Positions 1 to 11,700 of a stretch of 64,000 nt of DNA are shown piece by piece (position 1 is the first letter of the stretch; each line of letters starts with the position of its first letter). Position numbers and translations under genes: made by a program. The stretch is from the NCBI GenBank assembly GCA_965645245.1, contig OZ287070.1:3038001-3102000 (forward strand), given 5' to 3'. Source of the stretch: Massalongia carnosa. Lineage: Eukaryota. The notes beneath the pieces were generated by a model. It ran no database searches and had not been told where the DNA came from. It saw only the letters and a program-made list of their open reading frames with translations.

Positions 1-1235
1 ATCCCGGTCGAGCCAAGACCTTTGATCTTCTGCAACGTCACTATTACTGGCCACGATTCTATCAGTTCGTAGCAAGGTACGTGCAACATTGTCAAGTTTG
101 TGCAAGAAGCAAGCCCTCTCGTCAAGGAAAAATGGGAGTCTTGAAACCGTTACCCGTCCCGGAGCGCCGCTGGCAAGATATTTCGATGGACTTCGTGACT
201 GGGCTTCCAGAAAGTAGTGGGTTCGACGCCATATTAGTGGTGGTCGATCGTCTATCGAAACGACGGCACTTCTCTCCATGCCTCACCACGATCAATGCTC
301 AGGAACTGGCTGAACTCTTTCTTCGAGATATTTGGAAACTACACGGGTTGCCGAGCACCGTAGTATCGGATCGTGGAGTGCTCTTTGTATCGGAATTTTG
401 GAAAAAGCTCTGTCAACTACTGGGTATCAAGAGCCTGTTATCAACGGCCTTCCATCCAGAAACGGACGGTCAAACCGAGCGAGTAAACGCCTCCATGGAA
501 CAATACCTTCGAAGCTACACGGACTATCTTCAAGACGATTGGGCAAGTTGGTTACCCATGGCAGAATTCACAGGGAACAATGTAGTGTCCGAGACGACTG
601 GGTGCAGCCCATTCCTGGCCGAGATGGGATTTCATCCGAGAATGGGATTCGAATCGATTGAGCCCTCTCGATCCCTAGCCAGTCTAAACGCAGGGGAGTT
701 CGCCAAGAAGATGCAAGATATCTCGTCCGTGCTACAGGAAGAGATGAAGTTCGCGCAAGCCAGGTACGAGACTGGAGCCAATGAACATCGTGTACCAGCA
801 CCAAGTTACCAAGCAGGAGACGAAGTATGGTTGAGTACTAAGAACATCCGTACTCAAAGACCTGCTCGAAAGCTTGACTGGAAAAATCTGGGTCCATTCA
901 AGATATCTAAGGTGGTAAGCAAATACGCGTATCAACTCGAGCTGCCCCCCGGCATGAAAATTCATCCTGTGTTCCACGTATCCCTTCTCTCGCCCGTGCC
1001 GCAACACCCTCATCCCGATCACATCCCCCCTCCCGCACCACCTATTGAAGTCGAAGGCGAAGAAGAATACGAGGTTGAAGAAATTCTAGACTCCAAGAAA
1101 TTTCGAAACCGCCTAAAGTACCTGGTGCAATGGACGGGCTGGAACGACCCCACCTGGGAGTATGCTGAGTATGTTACTAACGCCAAGGAAAGGGTAGCAG
1201 AATTTCATCAACGATACCCAGCCAAGCCACGATAG
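1..1235 (+). CDS. Ty3/Gypsy chromovirus pol, 3' part (integrase + chromodomain), open at the window start
   Basis: HCQVC zinc-binding tail, SMDF / SDRG / GQTE DDE core, GPF motif and C-terminal chromodomain (EEYEVEEILDS...YLVQW). Confidence 0.95.
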   Translation, partial: PGRAKTFDLLQRHYYWPRFYQFVARYVQHCQVCARSKPSRQGKMGVLKPLPVPERRWQDISMDFVTGLPESSGFDAILVVVDRLSKRRHFSPCLTTINAQELAELFLRDIWKLHGLPSTVVSDRGVLFVSEFWKKLCQLLGIKSLLSTAFHPETDGQTERVNASMEQYLRSYTDYLQDDWASWLPMAEFTGNNVVSETTGCSPFLAEMGFHPRMGFESIEPSRSLASLNAGEFAKKMQDISSVLQEEMKFAQARYETGANEHRVPAPSYQAGDEVWLSTKNIRTQRPARKLDWKNLGPFKISKVVSKYAYQLELPPGMKIHPVFHVSLLSPVPQHPHPDHIPPPAPPIEVEGEEEYEVEEILDSKKFRNRLKYLVQWTGWNDPTWEYAEYVTNAKERVAEFHQRYPAKPR

Positions 1236-1291
1236 CTCACACCCTGAAGCTATAAAGCCTGCGTGGAAGCAGGCCTTGAAGGGGGAGCTAC

Positions 1292-1546
1292 TGTCATGGT
1301 GTGAGCGCGAGATGCTCTGCTAAGCGATACCTCCCGACACGCTAAATGTTTTAGGTATCGCGTTAGCCTTAGTGGGGAGCTAACCGCATTCAGGTAAGGA
1401 AATGGGTTCCGGGAGTTACATGGAAAATCTCTGCAGCAATTGATGCTTTCTTCCTTGTGTTCGTCTTGTCTATCTAGTATAGTCATAGCTAGCAATGCCA
1501 CCACCTTCACCACCTGAATAGGCCCCCCCGTTGCCGCCTCGTCACA
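1292..1546 (+). repeat. 3' LTR of the first Gypsy element
   Basis: Follows PPT GAAGGGGGAG (1278-1287). Starts TGTCA and ends TCACA, where Tc1 coding sequence resumes. Confidence 0.8.
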
Positions 1547-1927
1547 ACAACGATCTGAAGCACTATTTCAACTGTCCATGTTCACCTGATTTGGCCCCCA
1601 TAGAAAATTGCTGGCAGGCCCCGAAGCAATATTTAAAAAAATATCCTCATTGGGATGATGATACGACCAAGGGGCTAATTTATGAGGGGTGGGCGAACGT
1701 TTCCCAGGCATTTATCAATGAACGGGTGTCTACTATGCCAGATAGATTGAGAGCTGTTTTGGATGGTGAGGGTAAAATGACTGGTTATTGAATAGATTGA
1801 ATGAATTGGATGACTGGTTGTTGAAATGGTGATTATCCCATCAAAATTGTATGGAAATTGCTTGTGTTTTGGTGGGGGGTTGAACCCGGTTAAATTTTGG
1901 TGTAGTTTTTTTTTTGTCCCCCGCGTG
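1547..1927 (+). mobile_element. Tc1/mariner (impala-like) transposon 3' remnant: transposase C-terminus (to 1791) and probable right TIR
   Basis: SPDLAPIENCW...MPDRLRAVLDGEGKMTGY matches the Tc1 SPDLNPIE motif. The end reads CACGCGGGGGACAAAAAAAAAA on the minus strand, resembling fungal Tc1 TIRs. Confidence 0.8.
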
Positions 1928-1957
1928 CCCTCTTGGTTAGCGAGCTCCTGATCGCTG

Positions 1958-4448
1958 TCATGTGATTAGCTTCGGTCGCGGCTTCTTTGGATATTTCCGA
2001 TGATATTCTTCCACAGTTTCTTTTGAATTCGCAAAATCTTCGGCCGGATACCATGTGTTATCCGGTGGGTAATTGCTCCATTTTACCTTGTATTGTAGCT
2101 TCTTGTTGAAAGTTCTTGAATCCAAAATATCATCAATTTCAAATTCTTCCTCGTTGTCAATAATTACCGGTGGTGGAGGCGGGGGTATTTGTCCGGGCAA
2201 TGGGTCTTTACTTGCTGGTCGGAGTAATGATGAATGGAAAACATCGTGTATTTTCATCGATGCTGGAAGATCTAACTTATAGCTATTCCCCAAAGCTTTT
2301 AATATCTTGTAGGGTCCAATCATCTTATGATCTAGCTTTTTCGAAGGCCTTTCCGTTTTGATATTTTTGGTTGATAGCCAAACTTCATCTCCTTCTTTAT
2401 AGGTTGGTGCCTCCTCCTGATGATTGTCCGCGAATCTCTTCTGACTTTCTTGGCTTCGTACTAGGTTTTCTTTTCCGAATTCCCAGATTTTCTCCATTGC
2501 TTGGCCGATATTTTTTGCTCGAGTTTTCAATATTCTTTCTCTGGCCGATCCGGTAGATGCGTCAATCGGATAGAAGCTCATCCTCGGTTCAAACCCATAG
2601 TTGACCTGAAATGGAGATAATCCACTTGAAGCTGAGACACAGGCATTTGATGCGAACTCGGCCATCGATAGCCACTCTGTCCAGTCATCTTGCTGATAAT
2701 TGACATAGGTTCTCAGATATCGCTCCATTTCTTGCTTGGATATTTCGCTTTGACCGTCGGTCTCGGGATGGAATGCGGTTGATAACTTGGCTTTTATTCC
2801 CAGCATTACGCATAGCGATTTCCATACTAGCGATACGAATTGAGGTCCCCTATCTGAGATTATCGTGGTCGGTAGGCCATGCAATTTCCATACATGTTTT
2901 ATTAGCATTCGGGCCGTCTCTTCGGCAGTTGTCCCTTCTTCGTCCGTGGTGCATGGAATGTAATGATGCATCTTGGAAAATCGGTCTACTACCATTAATA
3001 TTGCATTATGACCTTTGCTTTCAGGTAGGCCAGTTACGAAATCCATTGATATATCTGTCCAGGGCCGGTCTGGTATAGGTAGCGGATTTAATAGTCCGGA
3101 ATAACCGTCCCTTGGAGCTTTTGCTCTTTTGCATGTATGACAATTTCGAATGTATTGTTCTATGGTCCCTTTCATCTTTGGCCAAAAAAAGAATTTCTTC
3201 ATCATCTCGTAGGTCCGCTTTATTCCCGGATGGCCAACGGCTGGTTGATCGTGAACTTCCTGTATCAGCTTCATTCTCTTTTCTTCGGGGACAAATAGTT
3301 TGGCATTATTCTCGAGCGGATCTTTCGACTTTTCCGCGTTGATCTCGTTCATTTCAAACCCCATTTCCTTTTGAATTTGAGGGTCTAGGCTTTCGAGAGG
3401 TAAGATTATCTGATGTTGATGCCTTTGCCTGTCATCTTCCTCTGATTCGGGCCTGTCTCCTGGTCTTCTAGTTAGTGCATCTGCCTTTGTATGGAATTTT
3501 CCAGCTTGGTATGTAATTACAAAATTGAAATCGGCAAGAAATTCAGCCCATCTGGCCTGTCGCCTATTTAGCTTTTTGGTTGTCATGAAATATTCCAAGC
3601 TTTTGTGGTCGGTCAACACTTTGATTGGGAGCTCGGTAGATTGCAGCTCAGGCCTCCATTGTTCGAAACATTTGATTATTGCAAGCAATTCTTTATCGTA
3701 TGTTTCATAATTGCATTCGGCTGGCAACAGGCTCTTTGAAAAGAAGGCTACTGGTCTGATAAGTCCATCTTCACCTCTTTGCGATAATACTCCGGCTGAC
3801 ACATAATCAGATGAATCCGATTCCACGAACGTTTCTCGGCTTGGGCTGAAATGCGCGAGGACCGGGGCCTCGGTCACCCGTCTTTTCAATTCGGAAAAAG
3901 CTGCTTGGCAGGCTGGGGTCCAATTGAATGGTTCGTCTTTTCGAGTTAGATGTACGAGGGGTTTGGCTATTTTGGAGAAGTCTTTGATAAAACGTCTATA
4001 AAAGTTGATAAATCCTAGAAAGGCCTGCACCTGTTTAAGATGCCTAGGGATGGCCCATTCGACGACTGCCTCAATTTTGGTAGGGTCCATCTTGATCCCA
4101 TTCCGCCCGACTACCACTCCTAGGAACTTTGTTTCGGTCACATGGAATTCGCATTTATCCACATCAGCCTGAATACCAGCTTCTCGAAGCTTTTGTAGAA
4201 CTTTTCGAACATGTTTTCGGTGGTCAGTCATGGTTTCACTATAAACCAAGAGATCGTCCAGATAGGCTATTAGGAATTCGTCTAGATATTCTAAGAAGGT
4301 ATCGTTGATGAAGTTCTGAAACGTAGCAGGGCCGTTGGTCAGTCCGAAGGGTAATACTAGAGATTTATATGACCCAAATCGCGTGCGGAAGGTTGTGAGA
4401 TCTTCGTCCTTTTCGGTTTTCATCCTAAGTCGGTTAAAGGCATGTCGA
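1958..4448 (-). pseudogene. Ty3/Gypsy pol fragment (RT-RNaseH-integrase-chromodomain), 5'-truncated and lacking its 3' LTR
   Basis: LPFGL, YLDD, ESDSSD, YDKELLAI, HHCC, DDE and chromodomain. The first ~20 aa of the ORF are non-homologous read-in. Confidence 0.92.
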
Positions 4449-4551
4449 TTTTCTTTCTTCCGTGTAGAACGTCTTGTAAATATCCGATAGCCTACATATA
4501 GCAAAGACTTCGTACCACCTGATCTTATCTCATTAAGTCCGTCTCGTCACA
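4449..4551 (+). repeat. Truncated LTR (R/U5 portion)
   Basis: Contains the ACGTCTTG motif shared with other LTRs in the window and ends CGTCACA. Confidence 0.5.
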
Positions 4552-4834
4552 TATTTATTGTCTTTATATTGTTTTGTACGAAATGAGATTAGAGTCAGCT
4601 AATGTCAAATTTCTTGGATTTTATTTCGTCCTTATTTGCGAAGAATGTCTTTTTTCACGAACGAGTTACGAAGTACGAAGTAGTTCTGTAATAACATGAA
4701 TTTGATGCAACAGCTGTCTCTCATTCATGCAATCGTAGCGCAGAATTTTGACTGATATCTTTCAGTTTAAATTATGATAATCATTTTCTTTACGAAAACT
4801 TCGACTTTGTACAATAATTAAGTATGCTTGTCAG

Positions 4835-6082
4835 CGCTCATCTACGTGTATGAATATAATGATACCGTTGACAGGATGAGTGAATAAGCATGGATCGGAA
4901 GGGCATTGTGCGAAGCCTAGCTTGATCAGCTTATTCGCGCAGCGGCTATGCTATTCTCTTGCGGATTGCATTAGACTGTAGAGACTTTGCAGAATCTGAA
5001 GAGCTCTACCGGGGGCGACCTTGACTCCTTCCGGTGCAGTCATGTAGATTGTATCCTTTAGAGATGACTGAGAGAATACGTTATTCACATCTACTTGATG
5101 GCATTCCAAATTCTCCAGGCCTACTATAGCGAGTACTGTTCGTAAAGTGTCTGAGCTTACCGTGGGAGCAAAAGTGTACTCATAGACGATGCCGTATTTC
5201 CGGGTAAATCCACGGGCGACTAATCTTGCCTTTAACGTCTCCAACGAGCCGTCAATATTTAGTTTGACTTTGAATACCTATTTGCAAGTGACAATATTCG
5301 TTTTTGGAGGTGGGACAACTTCTTTCCATATCTTATTGCTAATCAGCGCGTTGATCTTAGTGTCCACTGCTTCCTTCCATAAATCCCCCCACACTGGATC
5401 ATTCACCGCTTCGCGATAAGACCTAGGTCTTGCTATGTTCTTTCCTGACGAAAACGTATTTGCTGACATGGCAGACTCCCATTTGAGATTTCCATCTTCG
5501 ACATTGTCATTGTCATCAGCGAATAATACTAATGAAGAAGGGTAGTCGTGCGTGCTAATGGAAGGTAGTGGTACGTGATGATAGATGGCGAACTGGGCAG
5601 TGAACATATACACAAACACAAACGTCTGAATAGACCTACGACTGCATAGACATGAAAAGAACTCGACGACTGAACGACTGAAAGACGAGTTGATGCACGA
5701 AATAAACGTGTGTCGATGAATACGTGACACGACGATGATAATGACAGCGTAGGTGATAGAAGATGATATCCGGAGATTATGAAGAAAACGCCAGCAAAAA
5801 CCCGTTTTATCCCAACACAGGCCTGCCATGTCACCTGACCGTAGATGGCACATGTCGCCCCACCACACTAGGAAGGCGCGAGGTATTTTGAAAGCCGGTC
5901 CCTCGGGTGCTAAATCTTCATTAGATCGATTGCGCTTAGGGATCGCCACATGTAAGAATATGGGTGCGGTTGCGGCAGGAGCTGATGTGGCTGCAGCGGG
6001 AGTTGGGTCATTCGTTATTGGGGCTGGATCGGGAATTGATTTTGGTTGTGCGTCTTGGGTGACATCTGTTGGAATAATCGCT
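4835..6082 (-). pseudogene. Ty1/Copia RT fragment, relative of Copia H
   Basis: KARLVARGF, TFAPTV and HQVDVNN motifs. Aligns by eye with 45900-46700. Contains stops and is interrupted at 5533-5867. Confidence 0.88.
5533..5867 (-). repeat. Solo LTR inserted in the Copia fragment
   Basis: TG...CA ends. Absent from the homologous position in Copia H (~46600). Imperfect CTAA/CTAG flanking duplication. Strand is inferred. Confidence 0.7.
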
Positions 6083-6414
6083 TAGCCCCATTAGTTCTAG
6101 CTTAGCCCTGCAGGCTGCCATGACTGCTATCCCTCTGGCTGTTATTCTAGCACCCTCCCCCCAAGCCAATCTATATTGAACTAGCTTCCGCACCGATGAG
6201 TCATCAGAATATTAGTTTTCTCTTGAGTTTTTGCGCGTTTGTTTACTTTTCAAAGAATACTATTCGGTCATTCAATCAATATAAATCACATAAATTACTA
6301 TTCTTCTAGCTTCGGAATTGATTTTATAAGTATGACGCTCAATGAAGAAGAAATCCCGAGTATATCAGACAAATCTATCATTTCAGCGAAGCAACATAAA
6401 ATAAATCGCAAAGG

Positions 6415-7371
6415 TGTCAAGGGACTGGATTGGATTGTCAAGCTTTCTAATTGACTGAGTCTATAGCTACAGCTAGGCTAGTGTCATAAAATCGAACCAA
6501 CCCGATCCAGAATCAATTCTGCAGATGAATCTGACTAAGCTTCCGTTCCTCTATTCAGCTTAGTCAGAATTTCATTAACTAAATCGAGTTTAGACCCCTC
6601 TCAACGGCTTCAGGTCAAAGCTGTACCATCACCATCAAAGCATACCAACGACAGGAGAACCTCATCTCTACCTTTTATCGTCAAACACCTCGTCAAGCCT
6701 TCGTGCCGTTCGTCTCCTAATATGGGGAGATGAACACTGATCGAATCTTCATGCAAAGGGGTTCGAGACAAATATAAAAGGAAGGACAAGTTAATTAGAT
6801 AGCTGACTCCTTATCCGACGTCTTGTATAGCAATCCATCACCTAGCTATAGCCTTATTAATAAAGATATCTTGATCACCCAATCTAATTCCTAGGAACAT
6901 TAGTTCAATCCCCTGCCCAGTCCTTGACAGCTAGATTGGCTATTCAAGACGTCGGACAAGGAGCTAGAACTTTCGAGACTCGACCCCTTCTTTTATATCT
7001 GTTCCTCACCTCCTTACCCATTTATTTACTTGATCTTCGATGTCTCCTATTCATCTCCTTTTCCTAAGTTAATACGAAGACACCTAATGGAGACCGGGTA
7101 ATTATGGTTTCGAAGATCGGAGGCGGAGCCGTACTCGATCTAACCGCATCGAGAAAGGTTGGAACAGCGCGCACTGACCAATGAAGCTGTGGTAGGTCTA
7201 ATGAACCCGCGGTAGGTCCAATGAACCCGCGGAAGTTCCTATGAACCTACGTTAGGTCCAATGAACCTGCGGTAGCTCCAATGAACCTGCGGTACGGGAG
7301 GTAGTGACAGGATAGAGGGGGCAACTACGGATAAGGCCGAGATCCTTTTTGTTCGGAGCCGTTTCATGACA
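6415..7371 (-). repeat. Gypsy A 3' LTR (interrupted by a solo LTR)
   Basis: TGTCA...TGACA with adjacent PPT GAGAGGGGAG (7376-7385, minus). Matches 15871 and 42592. Confidence 0.93.
6482..6929 (+). repeat. Solo LTR (448 bp)
   Basis: TGTCA...TGACA flanked by perfect TSD GCTAG. The host LTR resumes afterwards. Confidence 0.92.
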
Positions 7372-7411
7372 GTAGCTCCCCTCTCAAAGGCAGAGCTCCT
7401 GCGATGCAATT

Positions 7412-8530
7412 TTAATCGCGATACCGACAACGAGGAATTTGGCACACGGTGAGATGAGGGCCAGCCGCGTTGTGGTAAGCTTGATGATACTCGTCTTGGG
7501 CTTGCTGACAGTTTGTGATGTAGTTGAATGGTTCCCAGGTGGAGGAGTGTCCTTCCCAGCCGACAGGATACTTCAGATGTGGGGGTTGGAAACGTCGATC
7601 GAGTTTGGAATTCAGAATGCTATTTACATACCATTCTCGCTGGCCGTCTTCAGCAATAACGGGGTTTTGAGGCTCCGGCATTTGTCCAGGAAGCGGGTCA
7701 TTAGCGTCGTGTTGCAATAGATTTACGTGAAAAACGGGATGAATTTTGACGGTATCGGGAAGTTCGATTTGAACAGTCAGTGGGTTGGAAAAAACCTTGC
7801 TGACCCGATAGGGACCGATATTTCGATCGTCTAATTTAACTGTTGGACGGGCGGTCTGGATGTTTCTGGTGCTTAGCCATACCATATCTCCTACGAAATA
7901 GCGGGGGCAGGGACGTGGATTAGCATTTGCGGTTGATTTATAAGATGCTTATGCCATTAGCATTTCGTCTCTGAGATGAGTATCGATGTCCTGCATTTTG
8001 TCCACAAACTGATTGGCTGCAATCAGGTTTGCCCTTCCCTGAGCGGTCAGGTCTTGAGGTAACGGTTCCTCCGATTCAAATCCCACACGAGGCTGTTGTC
8101 CGAAGTTGGCTAGGAAGGGGAGGCTAGAATACTAGAAGAGTCGGTATTATTGCTAGCGAATTCGGCGCCGGGAAGGCATTGTGCCCAGTCAGCTTGCATG
8201 TAGTTTACATAAGCCCTAAGATAATGCTTCATAGTGGCATTAGCTCTTTCGGTTTGTCCATCAGTCTCAGGATGATAACCAGTGGAAAGTTTGGCATCGA
8301 TTTTCAACCTTTTACACATCAGTTCCCAGAATTCGGAGGTAAACTGAGAGCCGCGGTCGGAGACTAGGACATCGGGAAGGCCATGCAATTTCCAGACATT
8401 CTGATAGAAAGAATTGGCCGCTTCTTTAACTTCCATGGTTGCTGTGGGGTCAAAGTGTCGCATTTTGGAAAGACGGTCTATAAAAACTAAGACATAGCGA
8501 TAGGTGATTCCCATAAAGGTGCTGGGAGTC
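7412..8530 (-). pseudogene. Gypsy A integrase C-terminal half + chromodomain
   Basis: SDRG, ETDGQTE, GPY and chromodomain-like tail, with premature stops. Confidence 0.9.
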
Positions 8531-8780
8531 TGTAAAGGTAATCATCATAATAAGGGTGTGTAAAAGGATGTCCATTGAGATGTGCGAGCAAGCTCGTCTA
8601 TATACAGCTAATCTAGACTAGTCCCAATCTGGACCTGCTCCTATCATGGAAGGACCAAAGAGTTAAGCCGGGCTTATCACGGAGATAAGCAAGTGTTAGA
8701 GTACGAAAGCATGCTATATTATATTATCGTGACAACTTCCCCCGAGCAAATAAAGCTGCTACGACCCCGTAGCAATATTA

Positions 8781-11700
8781 TTACTTACTAACTCTGCCAT
8801 CTTTCCTGGGTCTTCCACGACCCCTCTTTACCGGTACGACTGCTTTTGTAGCGGGTACCATAGCTCCCGTAGTAGGTGTTAGTGAGGCGGATTCTGAAGT
8901 AGGTGTGACCTTTGTAGGATCAATCGTGGACGTTTCAGCGGGAGCCACCTTTGATATTTGTACTGCCTCATCAGCTGGTGCTGTGATAGCAGGTGTTTCC
9001 TTGGTAACTACCGCAGTACTGGAGGGTGTTGACGCAGGTGGACTGCCAATGGACAGTGTAGACCCTATGCTCTTTTCGTAGTCATAGACCAATTCCTTGG
9101 CATTGTCAAGATCCTTGATGCTATACCATTGATCGAACTCGGGTCCGTAGCCCTTCCATTTTACCAAGTACTGTATGGACTGTCCGCGGCCTTTCCGGAC
9201 GACACGTTTATTTAATATCCTTTCTATCTCGTAAGACTTGAGGTAGTCCGTGTCTCCTTCCACGAAGACGGTGGGTGGATGATCAGGCCTGGGACGGTCA
9301 AACGGGTCCGTCGCTGGTGGCGGACAGGGCTCTAGCTGTGCTACCGAGAAGACAGGATGAACCTTCCAGTGGAGAGGGACGTCAAGGCGGTAAGCCAAGC
9401 GGCCGACCTTCTGTAAGACCTTGAAAGGCCCTACGTACTGTTGAGTGAGCTTCTTGGTTACTCCAGTGGTCGAGGGGATGGAATATCCCTTATGAAGCTT
9501 GAGCAGGGCCCATTCTCCCTCCTTCATGAACAAAGGTTGATGTAAGCGGTCATAGTGCCGTTTATAATTCATACTGGCAAAGGAGATAGCGTCCCTAGCT
9601 TGATTTCTAACTGCAGATATTTGTATTTCGGCATCATCCCTGAGAAGATCAAGGGCCGTGTTTGGAGTAAATCCAAATGCTAGCTCATTAGGAGTCTTTC
9701 CGGTGGTGGAAGATGAAAGAGTTGTTCAGAGATGACTGAATAGAAACTAGGACTTTTGGCCAGTCAGTTGGAGTCTCCAGGGTGCTTATGTGAAAACGTA
9801 AGGCAATTTCCGCCGTTTGATTCGTTCGTTCCGAACTTCCATCCGTCTGAGGATGATAAGCTGTGGAATAGAGTAGGGAAGTACCCAGTCTATGAAAGAT
9901 CGCCTTCCATAGCTCAGATAGGAACTTTGGATCCCGATCGGTAATAATCACCTTGGGCAGACCCCAGTTCATAAGAGAAAGACGTTCGTAGAGAAGTTCT
10001 GCCCAATTTACTGCACCGAACGTGGACTTTCCAGGAATCATGGTTATTTGCTTGGTAAATTTATCCGTTACAGACATTATCGAGTCCCATGCTTCCTTAG
10101 TGATGGGAAGTGCTTGGATAAAATCCAAAGTAATAGTATGAAATGGAACCGGTGGGCTGTCGATGGGCTGAAGACTTCCCCAGGGTTTATGTCTTCTGGT
10201 CTGAAGTACTAGACATTCTGGACAGTGTCGTATGTACTCTCGTAATGTCCGTACCAGGTTCCTGACGTACCATGAACGAGTAACTATCTCATAGCACCTG
10301 GCAAATCCAGGATGACCATTTCCATGCGCTATAGCAAATATGTCTTTGACACAACTGGCTGGTATACAGAGACGTCTGATACCTGAGAATCTATCTATGT
10401 GATAGATGAGATCCTTATCTGTTTTGCCAATTGGCAAAATGTCCTGAGTTGATTTTTCAGTTGAGTTCATCTCAGCTGGATTGACTGGAATTTCCATAGT
10501 GTTTCCCCGGGCAAAAGGAATTTAAGCGGCGCCCTCGTCGAGTTTATCGTTAGTGTCTATCATTTGGATTATATTGATCCATAATTTATCTGTAGAATAA
10601 CCGGCGATGAGACGTTTTCTGAAGTCATTGCTCATTTCTACGACCGTAGTGTTATAGACGTATAAGACATCCAACTCCGAGTGATCATCGGCTAAGATAG
10701 GCCTCACGTTGGCGCTGGCTAGTCGGGAAAGAGCATCAGGAATGATGTGCTCTTTGCCTGGGTTATGCCTGATATCGAGTCGGAATTGACTCAGAAACTG
10801 AGAAGCTCTGATCAATCGGACGTTCATTCTCATGGTCGATGTAGTGGCCGTTATTAGCTTTCGCTTACTGATTTCGATTATAGCGGAGTGATCTGTCTGA
10901 ACGATCGTTGGATGCTCCGATGATAGGACAAGGTGTCTGACTTTTTTGATGGTCTATACTAGACCTGCCATCTCTAGTTCAGTAGGCCAGTAGTTCTTTT
11001 CAGCCGCCGTAAGGAGACGGCTAAGGAACATGATGGGTTCTATTTGATTTCTTGAAGGCCATTTTCCGATTGGTACTATAACACCGACTTTGACATGGAA
11101 GACTATAACACCATACCCAAAATCTTTGGAGGCGTCTAGGTCTATCCAGAGAATGCGGTGTGGACTAAAATGAACGAGGATGGAGGGTTTGCTAAGCAGC
11201 TTCTGAAGGGTTATAAACGCTGAAGTCTCTTTTTCGGTAGGGATTATCTTAGTACGAGACGTATAATTTCGTCGTTGTTGACCTCCTTTCGGAGATGCCC
11301 TTAGAAGGTGCGTTTTTAGGTCTTGTAGAGGGCGGGCTATGCCTGCATAGTAGTAGATGAAAGAACGTAGATAGCCGGTAAGACCGAGGTAATGTTCTAA
11401 GTCTATCAGTGCATTGGGGAACTTCAACAGAGATATGGCGCGAAGTTTCTCCTCGGAGGTGGAGATGCCGAGGGAGTTTACCCTCTGCCCGAGAAGATCA
11501 ACGTCTGAATAGCCTAAAAAAGCCTTGGTGGGCTTGATGGATATTCCAAGCTTCACGAATAAGGAGAAGATTTTCCGAAGATGCATTAAATGCTCATCTA
11601 GGGACGTTGATCTTACTACCACGTCATCTATGTAAGCTTTGACAAAGTCACGGAAGTCCCGAAGAATGGTGTCCATTTGTCTTTGACATAAGCAATGGAG

